The notes beneath the pieces are model-generated. The model made no database searches, was not told where the DNA came from, and saw nothing but the letters and a program-made list of their open reading frames with translations. A DNA stretch of 64,000 bases from Myxococcota bacterium (GTDB taxonomy: Bacteria > Myxococcota > UBA4151). Location: contig JAYZBQ010000009.1 in NCBI GenBank assembly GCA_036338695.1, forward strand, positions 1-64,000. The letters are read 5' to 3'. Made by a program: the position numbers and the translations under genes. This document shows, one piece after another, positions 1 to 7,991 of this stretch (position 1 is the stretch's first letter; every line of letters starts with the position of its first letter).

Positions 1-339
1 GAGCTCCATTTTGCTGACGACTTCACCGGTGGCAGGGTCGGTGTAGCGCGCCGTCACCTTCGCGAGCCGACCCAGCGCAGCGATCGTGCGCTGAGCCTGC
101 GCCGCGTCGTCGATGGATTGGGCGATCACTGGGTTAAGCCACGCCGTCGCATAGCCCGCCGTACACCGCGCGGCGGCGTGATCAGCGGCTCGGACGCCGC
201 CGTCCGCCCCGGAGTGCCCCAGACAGACGATACGGTCTGAGGTCCAGCCCGGCTGTGCGCGCAGCCAAGACGGGCCCTGCTGCGCTTGTAGTTGCGCGCA
301 ACTCGCCGTGAGCATCGCAGCCCAAATCCATAATCTCAT
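1..339 (-). CDS. LPP20-like lipoprotein (runs off left edge; not in ORF track)
   Basis: Manual translation from ATG at 339 (ATGA overlap with the upstream stop) gives MRLWIWAAMLTASCAQLQAQQGPSWLRAQPG...IVCLGHSG...KVTARYTDPATGEVVSKMEL, open to base 1. Lipobox LTASC and a P-x-W motif like its neighbours. Confidence 0.7.
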   Translation of the reverse strand, partial: MRLWIWAAMLTASCAQLQAQQGPSWLRAQPGWTSDRIVCLGHSGADGGVRAADHAAARCTAGYATAWLNPVIAQSIDDAAQAQRTIAALGRLAKVTARYTDPATGEVVSKMEL

Positions 340-812
340 GGTGTCCCCTTATACGGTATCGAGAGCAGCAGATAATACACTCTGCCATCAACCCCGCTGT
401 AGCGCCCGTTCGGATCGATCCATTCAGCTTCGACCCTGAGGTCCTGAAGCACCGCCTTGATCAAGGTCTCCGACTCCTCCCCCATCGCCGATTGCGAGCG
501 GCTCTCAGAGCCGCCCGACTCGGTGAGGTGATCGTACGTGCGCACCACGACGCTCACCTCTCCCAAGCTACGAGCAAGGTTACGTGCGCCCCGCTCCAGA
601 GCAACTTTTCGCGCGTCGCTCGGCATCCCTGTAGGCCCGCCACGTGCGACGGTGTACAGACGACCCTCTTGGGTCGAAGGGTGCCCCTTTACCCAGGCAG
701 GCGGTACGGGCACGGCTCCAGACGGCGCGTGAGCGCAGGCCGCAAAAACAAGGACGGCGACCTGCAAACACCCGTTAGCAGGTCGCCACGATGTGCCGCT
801 AAGGGCGAACAT
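336..812 (-). CDS. LPP20-family lipoprotein
   Basis: AAGGAG RBS; lipobox FAAC; PPAWVKG...LYTVARGG...ARKVALERGARNLARSL...EWIDP...YYLLLS pattern typical of the LPP20/FlgP fold. Confidence 0.7.
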   Translation of the reverse strand: MFALSGTSWRPANGCLQVAVLVFAACAHAPSGAVPVPPAWVKGHPSTQEGRLYTVARGGPTGMPSDARKVALERGARNLARSLGEVSVVVRTYDHLTESGGSESRSQSAMGEESETLIKAVLQDLRVEAEWIDPNGRYSGVDGRVYYLLLSIPYKGTP

Positions 813-814
813 CT

Positions 815-1369
815 TTACTCCTTGCGGCGCGCATCCAACGCGTCGTGCGCAGCGCTCGCTCGCGCTTTGATCGCCGCGGCGGCGCGCTTGGACAACTTCT
901 CGACCGTATCGATCGTCTCACCGAAGGCGTCCATGTTCAGGTAAGCCAGCGCATACTCGGTGCCGTCACCCGAGACCCAGTGATCGACGATCTGAACGCC
1001 CGCAAGCTTGACGTCGGTGAAGACCTGGCTGGCCTCTTCCGAGTTCTCTTCAAAGTTTTCCTTCTCGCCGTCCGAAACGGTCGACAGGTAATCCTTAAAG
1101 AGGCTGGTCACCTCGCTGTTGAAGACCTTAGCGAGCTCGACGCGCGCCCGGTTGTCGGACTGCTTACGACGCATCGCTGCGTTCTTCGAGGTGCCGATAC
1201 CGACGGCGTAGAAGCCTTTGCCGTGAGGTGCATCAAAGGCACCGCCGCCGCGATTCGTCCAGGCGGGACCGCCGGTCACGTCGGACGTCGTCGCGGGCGG
1301 CGCTGTGGCGCAAGCGACCAAGGCACTCGCGGCTGCCGCCACGATCCAGTTTTGAGCCAATCTCATCAT
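815..1369 (-). CDS. LPP20-family lipoprotein
   Basis: Lipobox LVAC; GPAW...FYAVGIG...ADNRAR-like SDNRARVELAKVF...LAGVQIVDHW...YALA; C-terminal helix IKARASAAHDAL. Confidence 0.8.
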   Translation of the reverse strand: MMRLAQNWIVAAAASALVACATAPPATTSDVTGGPAWTNRGGGAFDAPHGKGFYAVGIGTSKNAAMRRKQSDNRARVELAKVFNSEVTSLFKDYLSTVSDGEKENFEENSEEASQVFTDVKLAGVQIVDHWVSGDGTEYALAYLNMDAFGETIDTVEKLSKRAAAAIKARASAAHDALDARRKE

Positions 1370-1429
1370 GTTCTTTTCCTCTCACCCAACCATGGGTTCG
1401 GTTGATGGACGCCAAGCGCCCTGCTTTAT

Positions 1430-2932
1430 TCACTCACCGGTCATCGACCGGATTAAATCCTTAATGAGGCGCCCAGGCAGGCGCTTTTCAATCTGAGCCA
1501 TGGCCCCGTCATCATCCGCTGCGGTGCCGCGCACCTTGCGACGCACCTGAAAGGCGACGCCGTCTTTGTTGCCCAGGCTCAGGCTCCCCATCACGGCGCA
1601 GGTGCGGCGCATGCTCAAATCGCGACAGCCCAGGTCATCGACGCCGACCCGCAGCGACCAGACGCTGTCCGTGCCCGCCGTCAGCCCAAGTCGGCTGCCG
1701 AGGTTGCTGAGCATCCCGGGCTCGACCTCGCCATCCAGACGCACAGCTAGCGGCGACAGACGCAAATCCACCTCACGCTTGAGGGCGTTGAGCTCTCGCC
1801 CAAACTGCCGCTTCAACCAGCGATTTTCGCGAAAGTCGACGCTCGCCAGGGTCGCCAGGTCGACGTGCGCTCGCAGCCTCGGCGTGCGGCCGAAAATCCG
1901 GACGTTGGTCAAGGTCGCCACGCCCTCGCTGGTCGAGACGAGCCGGAGCGGATAAGCGACGCCGCCGACGACGCTAAAACGAACCGGCACACCCGTCGCT
2001 GGCTGGTTGTTGTTGGTGACGCGTACCTGGATCCGATCAAAGCGATCGCCCGAGGTCCCCTCAAGCGCCTCGTCGGATTCGAGCCGGATCAGCCCAGCCG
2101 CTGCACGCACCAGCCCTTCGATCACGGCGTCCGCCTGCTTACCATCGACCTCGACAGGCATCCCGAAGAGGTTTCGTCGAGCCACCGCAGCACGCAGCGC
2201 AGCCGCGAGGGTGTCAACACCGTCGCCTTCCGCGAGGTGCCCTCGCGCCTCTTCGATCCGGTCGTAGACCTCCGCTTTGAGCGACTCAAGGCGCGCCAGC
2301 AGCAACGCGTCCAGCTCCGCTTTGTTGAAGCGAGCTAAGACGTACACGAGCTTCTTATCCTGATAGCGGTCGTGCAGCTCAACGCCCTCAAGACTAGCGT
2401 CCACATGGCTCGAGACCGCCTCGGAAAAGCTACTCACCGAGGTCGTTTGCCCGTTTTGTGTGAACTCAGCTTGGTAGTCTTTCGCCTTGCCCTTGATCTG
2501 GACTTTCAGCTGACTGGCGATCTCGGTGTAGGCGCGGTCGCGCGCTTGCGTCCAGGCAGCGCCGAGCTCGTCCTCGCTCGCAAACCCCGCGGTTCCCAGC
2601 CCATAGATGTAGGTCCCGTCGGCACGAGGTGTCTGATTTTTGGTCCAGCCGGGTCGCTCTTTGCGAACGTCCGCTCGCTTGGGCGGCTCGAGCTTGGGGC
2701 GCGGCTTGCGCTGTCGCAGCGTATCGAGCGCCTGGGGGCGCTTCTCAAGCTCCTTGCGTCGCGCCTTGGCTGTCGTCGCTGCGCGTCGGCTCTTCAAGCC
2801 ACTGTGTGCGCCTGCCGCGCGCGCTTTGATCGCCGCAGCCTGACCGCCGCCCATTTTCGATGACTTGGGCGCAGGCGCCGTCGCGCATGCCAAGCCGCTG
2901 AGCGCAAGATAAGCGATCGCGTGGTGTCGCAT
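1430..2932 (-). CDS. LPP20-domain lipoprotein with C-terminal Ig-like extension
   Basis: Lipobox GLAC; RPGW...YIYGLG...ARDRAYTEIASQLKV...LEGVELHDRY...VYVLAR (LPP20). Later an Ig-like segment (IQVRV...PATGVPVRF...STSEGVAT). Confidence 0.75.
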   Translation of the reverse strand: MRHHAIAYLALSGLACATAPAPKSSKMGGGQAAAIKARAAGAHSGLKSRRAATTAKARRKELEKRPQALDTLRQRKPRPKLEPPKRADVRKERPGWTKNQTPRADGTYIYGLGTAGFASEDELGAAWTQARDRAYTEIASQLKVQIKGKAKDYQAEFTQNGQTTSVSSFSEAVSSHVDASLEGVELHDRYQDKKLVYVLARFNKAELDALLLARLESLKAEVYDRIEEARGHLAEGDGVDTLAAALRAAVARRNLFGMPVEVDGKQADAVIEGLVRAAAGLIRLESDEALEGTSGDRFDRIQVRVTNNNQPATGVPVRFSVVGGVAYPLRLVSTSEGVATLTNVRIFGRTPRLRAHVDLATLASVDFRENRWLKRQFGRELNALKREVDLRLSPLAVRLDGEVEPGMLSNLGSRLGLTAGTDSVWSLRVGVDDLGCRDLSMRRTCAVMGSLSLGNKDGVAFQVRRKVRGTAADDDGAMAQIEKRLPGRLIKDLIRSMTGE

Positions 2933-2988
2933 AATGACCTCCTCGTCTGCTTGCGACGCCGCAACAGCGGCGTCGATTCAATCGCGGA

Positions 2989-4545
2989 CTAGAAGTGTAA
3001 AAGTAAACCGGCGCTGCCGCCCGGCCCGACCGGGGTCAAACCGCCCTGCAGCTGCAGAGCGCCCCAGCCACCAAACATCATCTCGAGGACACCTTGTGCG
3101 TCCACGGCCACGTTCTCGCCGGTGTCATCGCTGGCGGCACCGAGCTTGAAGCCCGGCGCAAAGCGCCCCGAATAGAACAGCTTCTTGATGCCCAGACCGC
3201 CGGCTGACTGGGTGCCATCTGCGTTGGCATAGCCAGCGAAATAGAACCAGGTCTCCGACAAACCCTTGGCATTGAGCGCGTAGCCTAGGTTGGCGGCGAT
3301 CGCGAGATGCGACACCGTCCCGCCGCCGAGCGCTAGGCTAACACCGCGGCTCGGATCCTCGACCAGCTGCTTACCCAGGCTACCGCTCCCTGTGAGCCGC
3401 TGCGCCCAGCTGTTCGCCTTCTGGTTCTTGGTGTTGTTGCCCACCTCACGAACGCGCGAGTAGCCGATCTTACGGCGCTTGTTGTTCTGGTCGTACTCGA
3501 CGATGTACATCCCCTGATCGATGCGCAGCCCCTCGCGATTGCCTAAGTTGAAACCAAGCTCGGTCTGCTGCTTACGCACATCGATCACCGGCGCTTTGAG
3601 GCGGAATTCCTCGATACGGCGAACCTTAAGCGAGACGTTCCCACCCACCGAATTCGCTGCGGACTGACACGCCGGGCGCGGCTTGTCGGCCGTGTGCTTT
3701 GCGCTGCCTCGCACCGTGGCAAACCGGGTCTGGTACGGGAATTTGTGCTTGAGGTGATAGAAATCGACGCGCGCACCGAGCGCACATTCGTACTGCCACT
3801 TGATCTTGTATTTGACGCACTTTCGCTTGCCGTTGACGTTACGGTATTGGACGCAGACGCGCTCTTTTCCGTATTTCTCACAGACCTCTTTGACGACCAC
3901 CTTGCCGTTGCGGCGAACCTTCTTCTTCACCTTCTTTAGGCAGACCTTTTTAGCGAAGCGCCGGATGCTCGCCTTGGTGAGCTCGGTCTCGTAAAAGTAG
4001 GCGGAGTTGCGGATCCGCTCCAGATCGGACGCCTTGATGTCGTAAGCTTTGTAGCGCTCGAGATACTCGGCGTCCGCCTTTGCTTTGTTCTCCGTGTTCG
4101 CCTTGATAAACTCAGAGAACCCCTTGAGGACCTCTGGCGTCGGGCGGGTACCCCACGGCAAATCGACAAAATCGAAGCGCTTGAGGCGCGTCGCTCGACC
4201 AACCGACTGGCCGACCATCTCGCTGAGCCAGCGGATCGTAAAGACGTTGGCTCCCTGGAGCGCCGCCAAGCCGATCATCTTGAAGCCAAGCGGTTTGGCG
4301 CCAAAGTACAGCAGGGTCTTGCGCTTGTACTTCTCAGCGCTGCGGTCCACCTGCGTCGCTTGATCCTTGTCGCGATCACTCACCGTCGCTTGATCTGCAG
4401 CGACGCCCTGAGCCGCCTCCGACTTCATCTGATCGGCGTTGTCGCCGGCTTCGGTCCGAACGTCATCAGCGGTTTTGTAACGGTCATCGGCGCTGGCTAG
4501 ACCCGGCGCGAGCAATGCGAGGAGGCAAATCGAACGAAACATCAA
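2989..4545 (-). CDS. Exported protein with CsgG/FlgT-like middle, FlgT C-terminal-like domain and small C-terminal beta-barrel
   Basis: Signal peptide (start TTG 4545 or ATG 4542). APVIDV...FNLGNREGLRIDQGMYIV...KIGYSRVREV resembles FlgT_C. The C-terminus has alternating amphipathic strands ending AGLLLHF. Confidence 0.55.
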   Translation of the reverse strand: MMFRSICLLALLAPGLASADDRYKTADDVRTEAGDNADQMKSEAAQGVAADQATVSDRDKDQATQVDRSAEKYKRKTLLYFGAKPLGFKMIGLAALQGANVFTIRWLSEMVGQSVGRATRLKRFDFVDLPWGTRPTPEVLKGFSEFIKANTENKAKADAEYLERYKAYDIKASDLERIRNSAYFYETELTKASIRRFAKKVCLKKVKKKVRRNGKVVVKEVCEKYGKERVCVQYRNVNGKRKCVKYKIKWQYECALGARVDFYHLKHKFPYQTRFATVRGSAKHTADKPRPACQSAANSVGGNVSLKVRRIEEFRLKAPVIDVRKQQTELGFNLGNREGLRIDQGMYIVEYDQNNKRRKIGYSRVREVGNNTKNQKANSWAQRLTGSGSLGKQLVEDPSRGVSLALGGGTVSHLAIAANLGYALNAKGLSETWFYFAGYANADGTQSAGGLGIKKLFYSGRFAPGFKLGAASDDTGENVAVDAQGVLEMMFGGWGALQLQGGLTPVGPGGSAGLLLHF

Positions 4546-4561
4546 TGCAAGAGTCCTTTAC

Positions 4562-5716
4562 TTATTCGCAGCTGATCACGGCCATCTGACCGCGCTGAGT
4601 CGGGATACGGCATCCCATCCCGCTCAGTTCACCCTCGAGATCGACCATCACGTCGTCGCTCGAACCTTTAATCCGGACCGAGTAGTGCAAGGTGGCGTCG
4701 GTTGCGAGGGTACGCTTCGCCTTGCCCAAGCCCTTCACCATCCGATGGATCTGCGCTTTGGCGGCGCCGTCGAATTCACCGCGAAACACCAGGAAGTAGC
4801 CCTTGCCCTTGCTGACTTGCTTCTTCCACTTCTTGAGCATGTTCGCGACGACCTTTTGGGTGGCATCCGAGATCGCCTCATCGAACGCAATCTGAGCCGC
4901 CGAGGTCGGTCGCTCTGCGCTCCAGCCGGTGCCGTCACCCAGCGCCGTCCCCGTGGTGGTCTCGTAGGCGCGCACCAAAGCTTGAACCTTCACGGTGCCG
5001 CGACCGGGCTGCAACGTGGCGCTGTAGGTCAGGTACACCTCAGCGCCGAGCGCCAAGGCGATCTGCGCCGCCTCGTCTTCGTCATGTCCGGCGACCTCGC
5101 CCAGCTGACTGACCACGTCCTGTAGATCCGCCATACCTTGGGCGTTCTTGACGTCGAAATCTTCCTTTTGGAGATACTCGTTGATGCGCGTGGCGAGCGC
5201 CTCGGCCATCGCGTGTTTCTTGAAGCGCTTCTGCGCCACCGCAACGATCGTGGGGTTGTCGAGCGCCTCGGAGGTGTCCGTCGCGCTGGCTGCGATCCCC
5301 TTGTTGCTCAGGTCATCTGCGAGGCGGTCGACCGCCACCGTGACCAAAGCCGTATAGCTGGTGGTGGTTCCATCGACAGCCCGGCTACCGAGCATCTTTT
5401 TCTCCGTCGCAAACATGATCGGGTTGATGCCGGCGAAGTAACCATTCTTCATGCCAGCCCAGCGCTTTTTCTCCTCGGGTCCGGTGGCGATCTTCTGCTC
5501 CACTGCGCCGGCGATCGCGACCTTCAAAGCGTCCGACTTCGCCATCAGCGCGTCGGCGCCCATCCCCACTACTCGGTAGGTGACCTTGCCCACATCCGGG
5601 CTCTCGATAAAGGTCGCCTCGACCCCCACGGGGTATGCCGGCGCTGCGGCAGGTGGCGCCCCAGCGCACGCGGCGCCGAACAGGCTAAGAGCGGTCAGCG
5701 TGTGTACGTACTTCAT
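4562..5716 (-). CDS. DUF6175-like lipoprotein (FlgT N-terminal-like plus CsgG/TolB-N-like domains)
   Basis: ATG 5716 after GAGGAAGAG; lipobox GAAC; VVGMG...AKSDALKVAIAGAVE; NPTIVAV...INEYLQKEDFDV...IALALGAEVYL...VRAYETTTGTALG. Confidence 0.65.
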   Translation of the reverse strand: MKYVHTLTALSLFGAACAGAPPAAAPAYPVGVEATFIESPDVGKVTYRVVGMGADALMAKSDALKVAIAGAVEQKIATGPEEKKRWAGMKNGYFAGINPIMFATEKKMLGSRAVDGTTTSYTALVTVAVDRLADDLSNKGIAASATDTSEALDNPTIVAVAQKRFKKHAMAEALATRINEYLQKEDFDVKNAQGMADLQDVVSQLGEVAGHDEDEAAQIALALGAEVYLTYSATLQPGRGTVKVQALVRAYETTTGTALGDGTGWSAERPTSAAQIAFDEAISDATQKVVANMLKKWKKQVSKGKGYFLVFRGEFDGAAKAQIHRMVKGLGKAKRTLATDATLHYSVRIKGSSDDVMVDLEGELSGMGCRIPTQRGQMAVISCE

Positions 5717-5819
5717 AAACTCTTCCTCATCCAAGTTGATTGAAAGCCACCCAAGAGACGGCGGCTCTGAGCTGTTGATTCACTGAGTGGGCGAACGGTG
5801 AGACGAGCGGTCGTTTGTG

Positions 5820-6665
5820 TCAATCCCCAGCGGGCAAGCGCTGCTCGATCCATGCGAGGAGGTCGGCGCGCACCTCGGCCTGTTCGGGCTCGTTAAAAAT
5901 CTCGTGGTAGAGGCCGTCATAGATCTTGAGCGTTTTGTCATCGCTCGTTGCGCGCTCGTGAAGCACCTGACTCCCCTTGGGTTCAGCGAGGCCGTCGGCG
6001 CTGCCGTGCATCACGATAAATGGCGTCTTGAGCAGGTTCGCCCGCTCGAGGACCAACCGCTCCGTGCTCAACAGCGAATGGCCGGTGCGCGCCAAAACCC
6101 CGCCGTTGTACACCAGCGGATCGGCGAGGTAGTCGGCGACGACCTCAGGGTCACGCGACACCAACTCAGGATCGAGTCGAGCCGCGGGGATCAGCGGCAG
6201 CAAGGTCCCGACGACCCCGGAAATTTTCTGTAAGAAGGGGCTGATGTCCTCGCTGACCTTGACGGACGGGCTCGAGATCATCAGCAGGTCGACCAGCTCA
6301 GCGTGCTCCATCGCCACCAACGCCGCCAGCGCGCCCCCCATCGAGTGGCCGAAGAGCAGTCGAGGTACGCCCGGCGCGCGCTCGGCTGCCCAACGGAGCG
6401 TCGTCACGGCATCGGGGACCAAGCTCCGAAAGCCGGTGATGTAGCTGCGACGCCCGGCCGATCGACCGTGTCCCTTGTAGTCGTGCCCAAAGACCGCCAC
6501 GCCGGCGTCGTTCAATGCGCGCACCAGCGCGTCGTATCGATGACAATGCCCAGCGTACCCATGAAGCAGCGTGCACTGTGCGCGCAGCGTCCCCTCCGGG
6601 ATCCATCCGCAGCGGTACAGTGCCTCACCGTCGGCGCCAAGGATCTTCTCTTCAATAAACTCCAT
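5820..6665 (-). CDS. Alpha/beta hydrolase, lysophospholipase/monoacylglycerol lipase family
   Basis: LHGY, DYKGHGRS, nucleophile elbow GHSMGG, HGSAD, GLYHEIFNE. Confidence 0.92.
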   Translation of the reverse strand: MEFIEEKILGADGEALYRCGWIPEGTLRAQCTLLHGYAGHCHRYDALVRALNDAGVAVFGHDYKGHGRSAGRRSYITGFRSLVPDAVTTLRWAAERAPGVPRLLFGHSMGGALAALVAMEHAELVDLLMISSPSVKVSEDISPFLQKISGVVGTLLPLIPAARLDPELVSRDPEVVADYLADPLVYNGGVLARTGHSLLSTERLVLERANLLKTPFIVMHGSADGLAEPKGSQVLHERATSDDKTLKIYDGLYHEIFNEPEQAEVRADLLAWIEQRLPAGD

Positions 6666-6721
6666 GGTGTCGCTCCCTCACGCCCTTGAACTCAACAGAC
6701 TCGACGACGTTTGTCGATGGA

Positions 6722-7381
6722 TCAGCGAGGTTTCCCGAAACCTGTGTCAAAGTTCGGCAGCGGGAACGAGCCGAACCCGCGGTCGGTGATCCCTGCATCA
6801 GGCGCTAAATCAGAGCGGGGGACGTCTCGGATTCCGGTATCCCGAACGCCCGTGTCCTCAGGGCCGGTGTCCTCGAGACCGAGATCGGGGACCTCCGCAT
6901 CCGGCAGGATATCTAGATCGCTGAGCGCAGCGTCAAGCGATCCAGCGTCTACAGTAGCATCGGACGTCACGCTGGCGTCTTGTGGCGCCCCGGCGTCTGG
7001 AGCGTTTCCTGTATCGGTCAAGCCGCCGACGTCTTCACTCCCATCGAGGGCGGCCGCATCCAGCGACCCCGCATCATCAACGGAGCTTGCGTCCAGCGCT
7101 TGCGCGGCGTCCAGCGCTCCCGATGTGTCGTTCAGCGCTGCGTCCCCAGCACTCGATGCGTCCATCGCAGCGTCTGTCGCAACGCTCGCATCGAGCGAGC
7201 CGGCGTCGAGGCTGGGCAACACGGGTGGAGCCACCACGCGTGTCGGTGTCTTGCTCCGGCAGACACCACGAGCGCAGTACCACCCCATCGAGCAGTTGCT
7301 GTTGCGGATGCACGACTGATCGGTCGACTCCTCACCGCAGCCGAGCGTCATCAACGCAGCGCAGAAGGCGACCCATCTCAA
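6722..7381 (-). CDS. Lipoprotein with small Cys knot and D[AST]G low-complexity tail
   Basis: Lipobox TLGC; CIRNSNCSMGWYCARGVC; repeated DAG/DAS/DTG; ATGA overlap with the upstream gene. Confidence 0.7.
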   Translation of the reverse strand: MRWVAFCAALMTLGCGEESTDQSCIRNSNCSMGWYCARGVCRSKTPTRVVAPPVLPSLDAGSLDASVATDAAMDASSAGDAALNDTSGALDAAQALDASSVDDAGSLDAAALDGSEDVGGLTDTGNAPDAGAPQDASVTSDATVDAGSLDAALSDLDILPDAEVPDLGLEDTGPEDTGVRDTGIRDVPRSDLAPDAGITDRGFGSFPLPNFDTGFGKPR

Positions 7382-7884
7382 AGGGGAAGCCTCAACCCAA
7401 CGCTGGCTTGGAACTCGATCACTGCGCCATCGTCCGGCAGGTCATTCCCAAAGAAAAACGCGCTGGCTGACCCGCCGACGTCGAGCTCGAGGGCGTCGAG
7501 CAGTTTCGGTCGCCATGAGACCTGCGCCTCCGCGCCATGCAACGTGTACGGCGTAACGTAGCTGCGCAGACCAAGCCCGATCGCAAAGGGCTGGCCGGAC
7601 ACCTTGAATGGAAAATCCACGCCCGGTCGGATGCCCAGCGCGATGCGCTCATGCAGCGGGACCTCGATCCCAATGCGATAGCGCCTCGAGTAGTCCTCCT
7701 CGATAAAGGCAGCCCAGTCGGCACGCAGCTTGAGGGTTGAGCCCATCCACAGGGTTCCGTCCGCGACGTTGCCAGCCATCAACCCTGCGGTCATGCTCGC
7801 GCCGAGCTCAGCTTCTACCTGCTCGGCTGGCGCCGTCGACGCGGTCAACGTGATCAAGAGTAGGGTCAGCGTGCGCATCCTCAT
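7378..7884 (-). CDS. Small outer-membrane beta-barrel-like protein
   Basis: Signal peptide MRMRTLTLLLITLTASTAPA; amphipathic strands; terminal strand FQASVGLRLPL. Start trimmed from the ORF-track 8031. Confidence 0.55.
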   Translation of the reverse strand: MRMRTLTLLLITLTASTAPAEQVEAELGASMTAGLMAGNVADGTLWMGSTLKLRADWAAFIEEDYSRRYRIGIEVPLHERIALGIRPGVDFPFKVSGQPFAIGLGLRSYVTPYTLHGAEAQVSWRPKLLDALELDVGGSASAFFFGNDLPDDGAVIEFQASVGLRLPL

Positions 7885-7991
7885 CCCCAATCCAACCCCG
7901 ACCATCGGCGCGCTTGCGCGCGAATTTGAAAAAGAAAAGAGCCGCCCCACCCGGAGCGGCTCCCCCCAGTCGCTGCGCCCTACCCAGCTCG

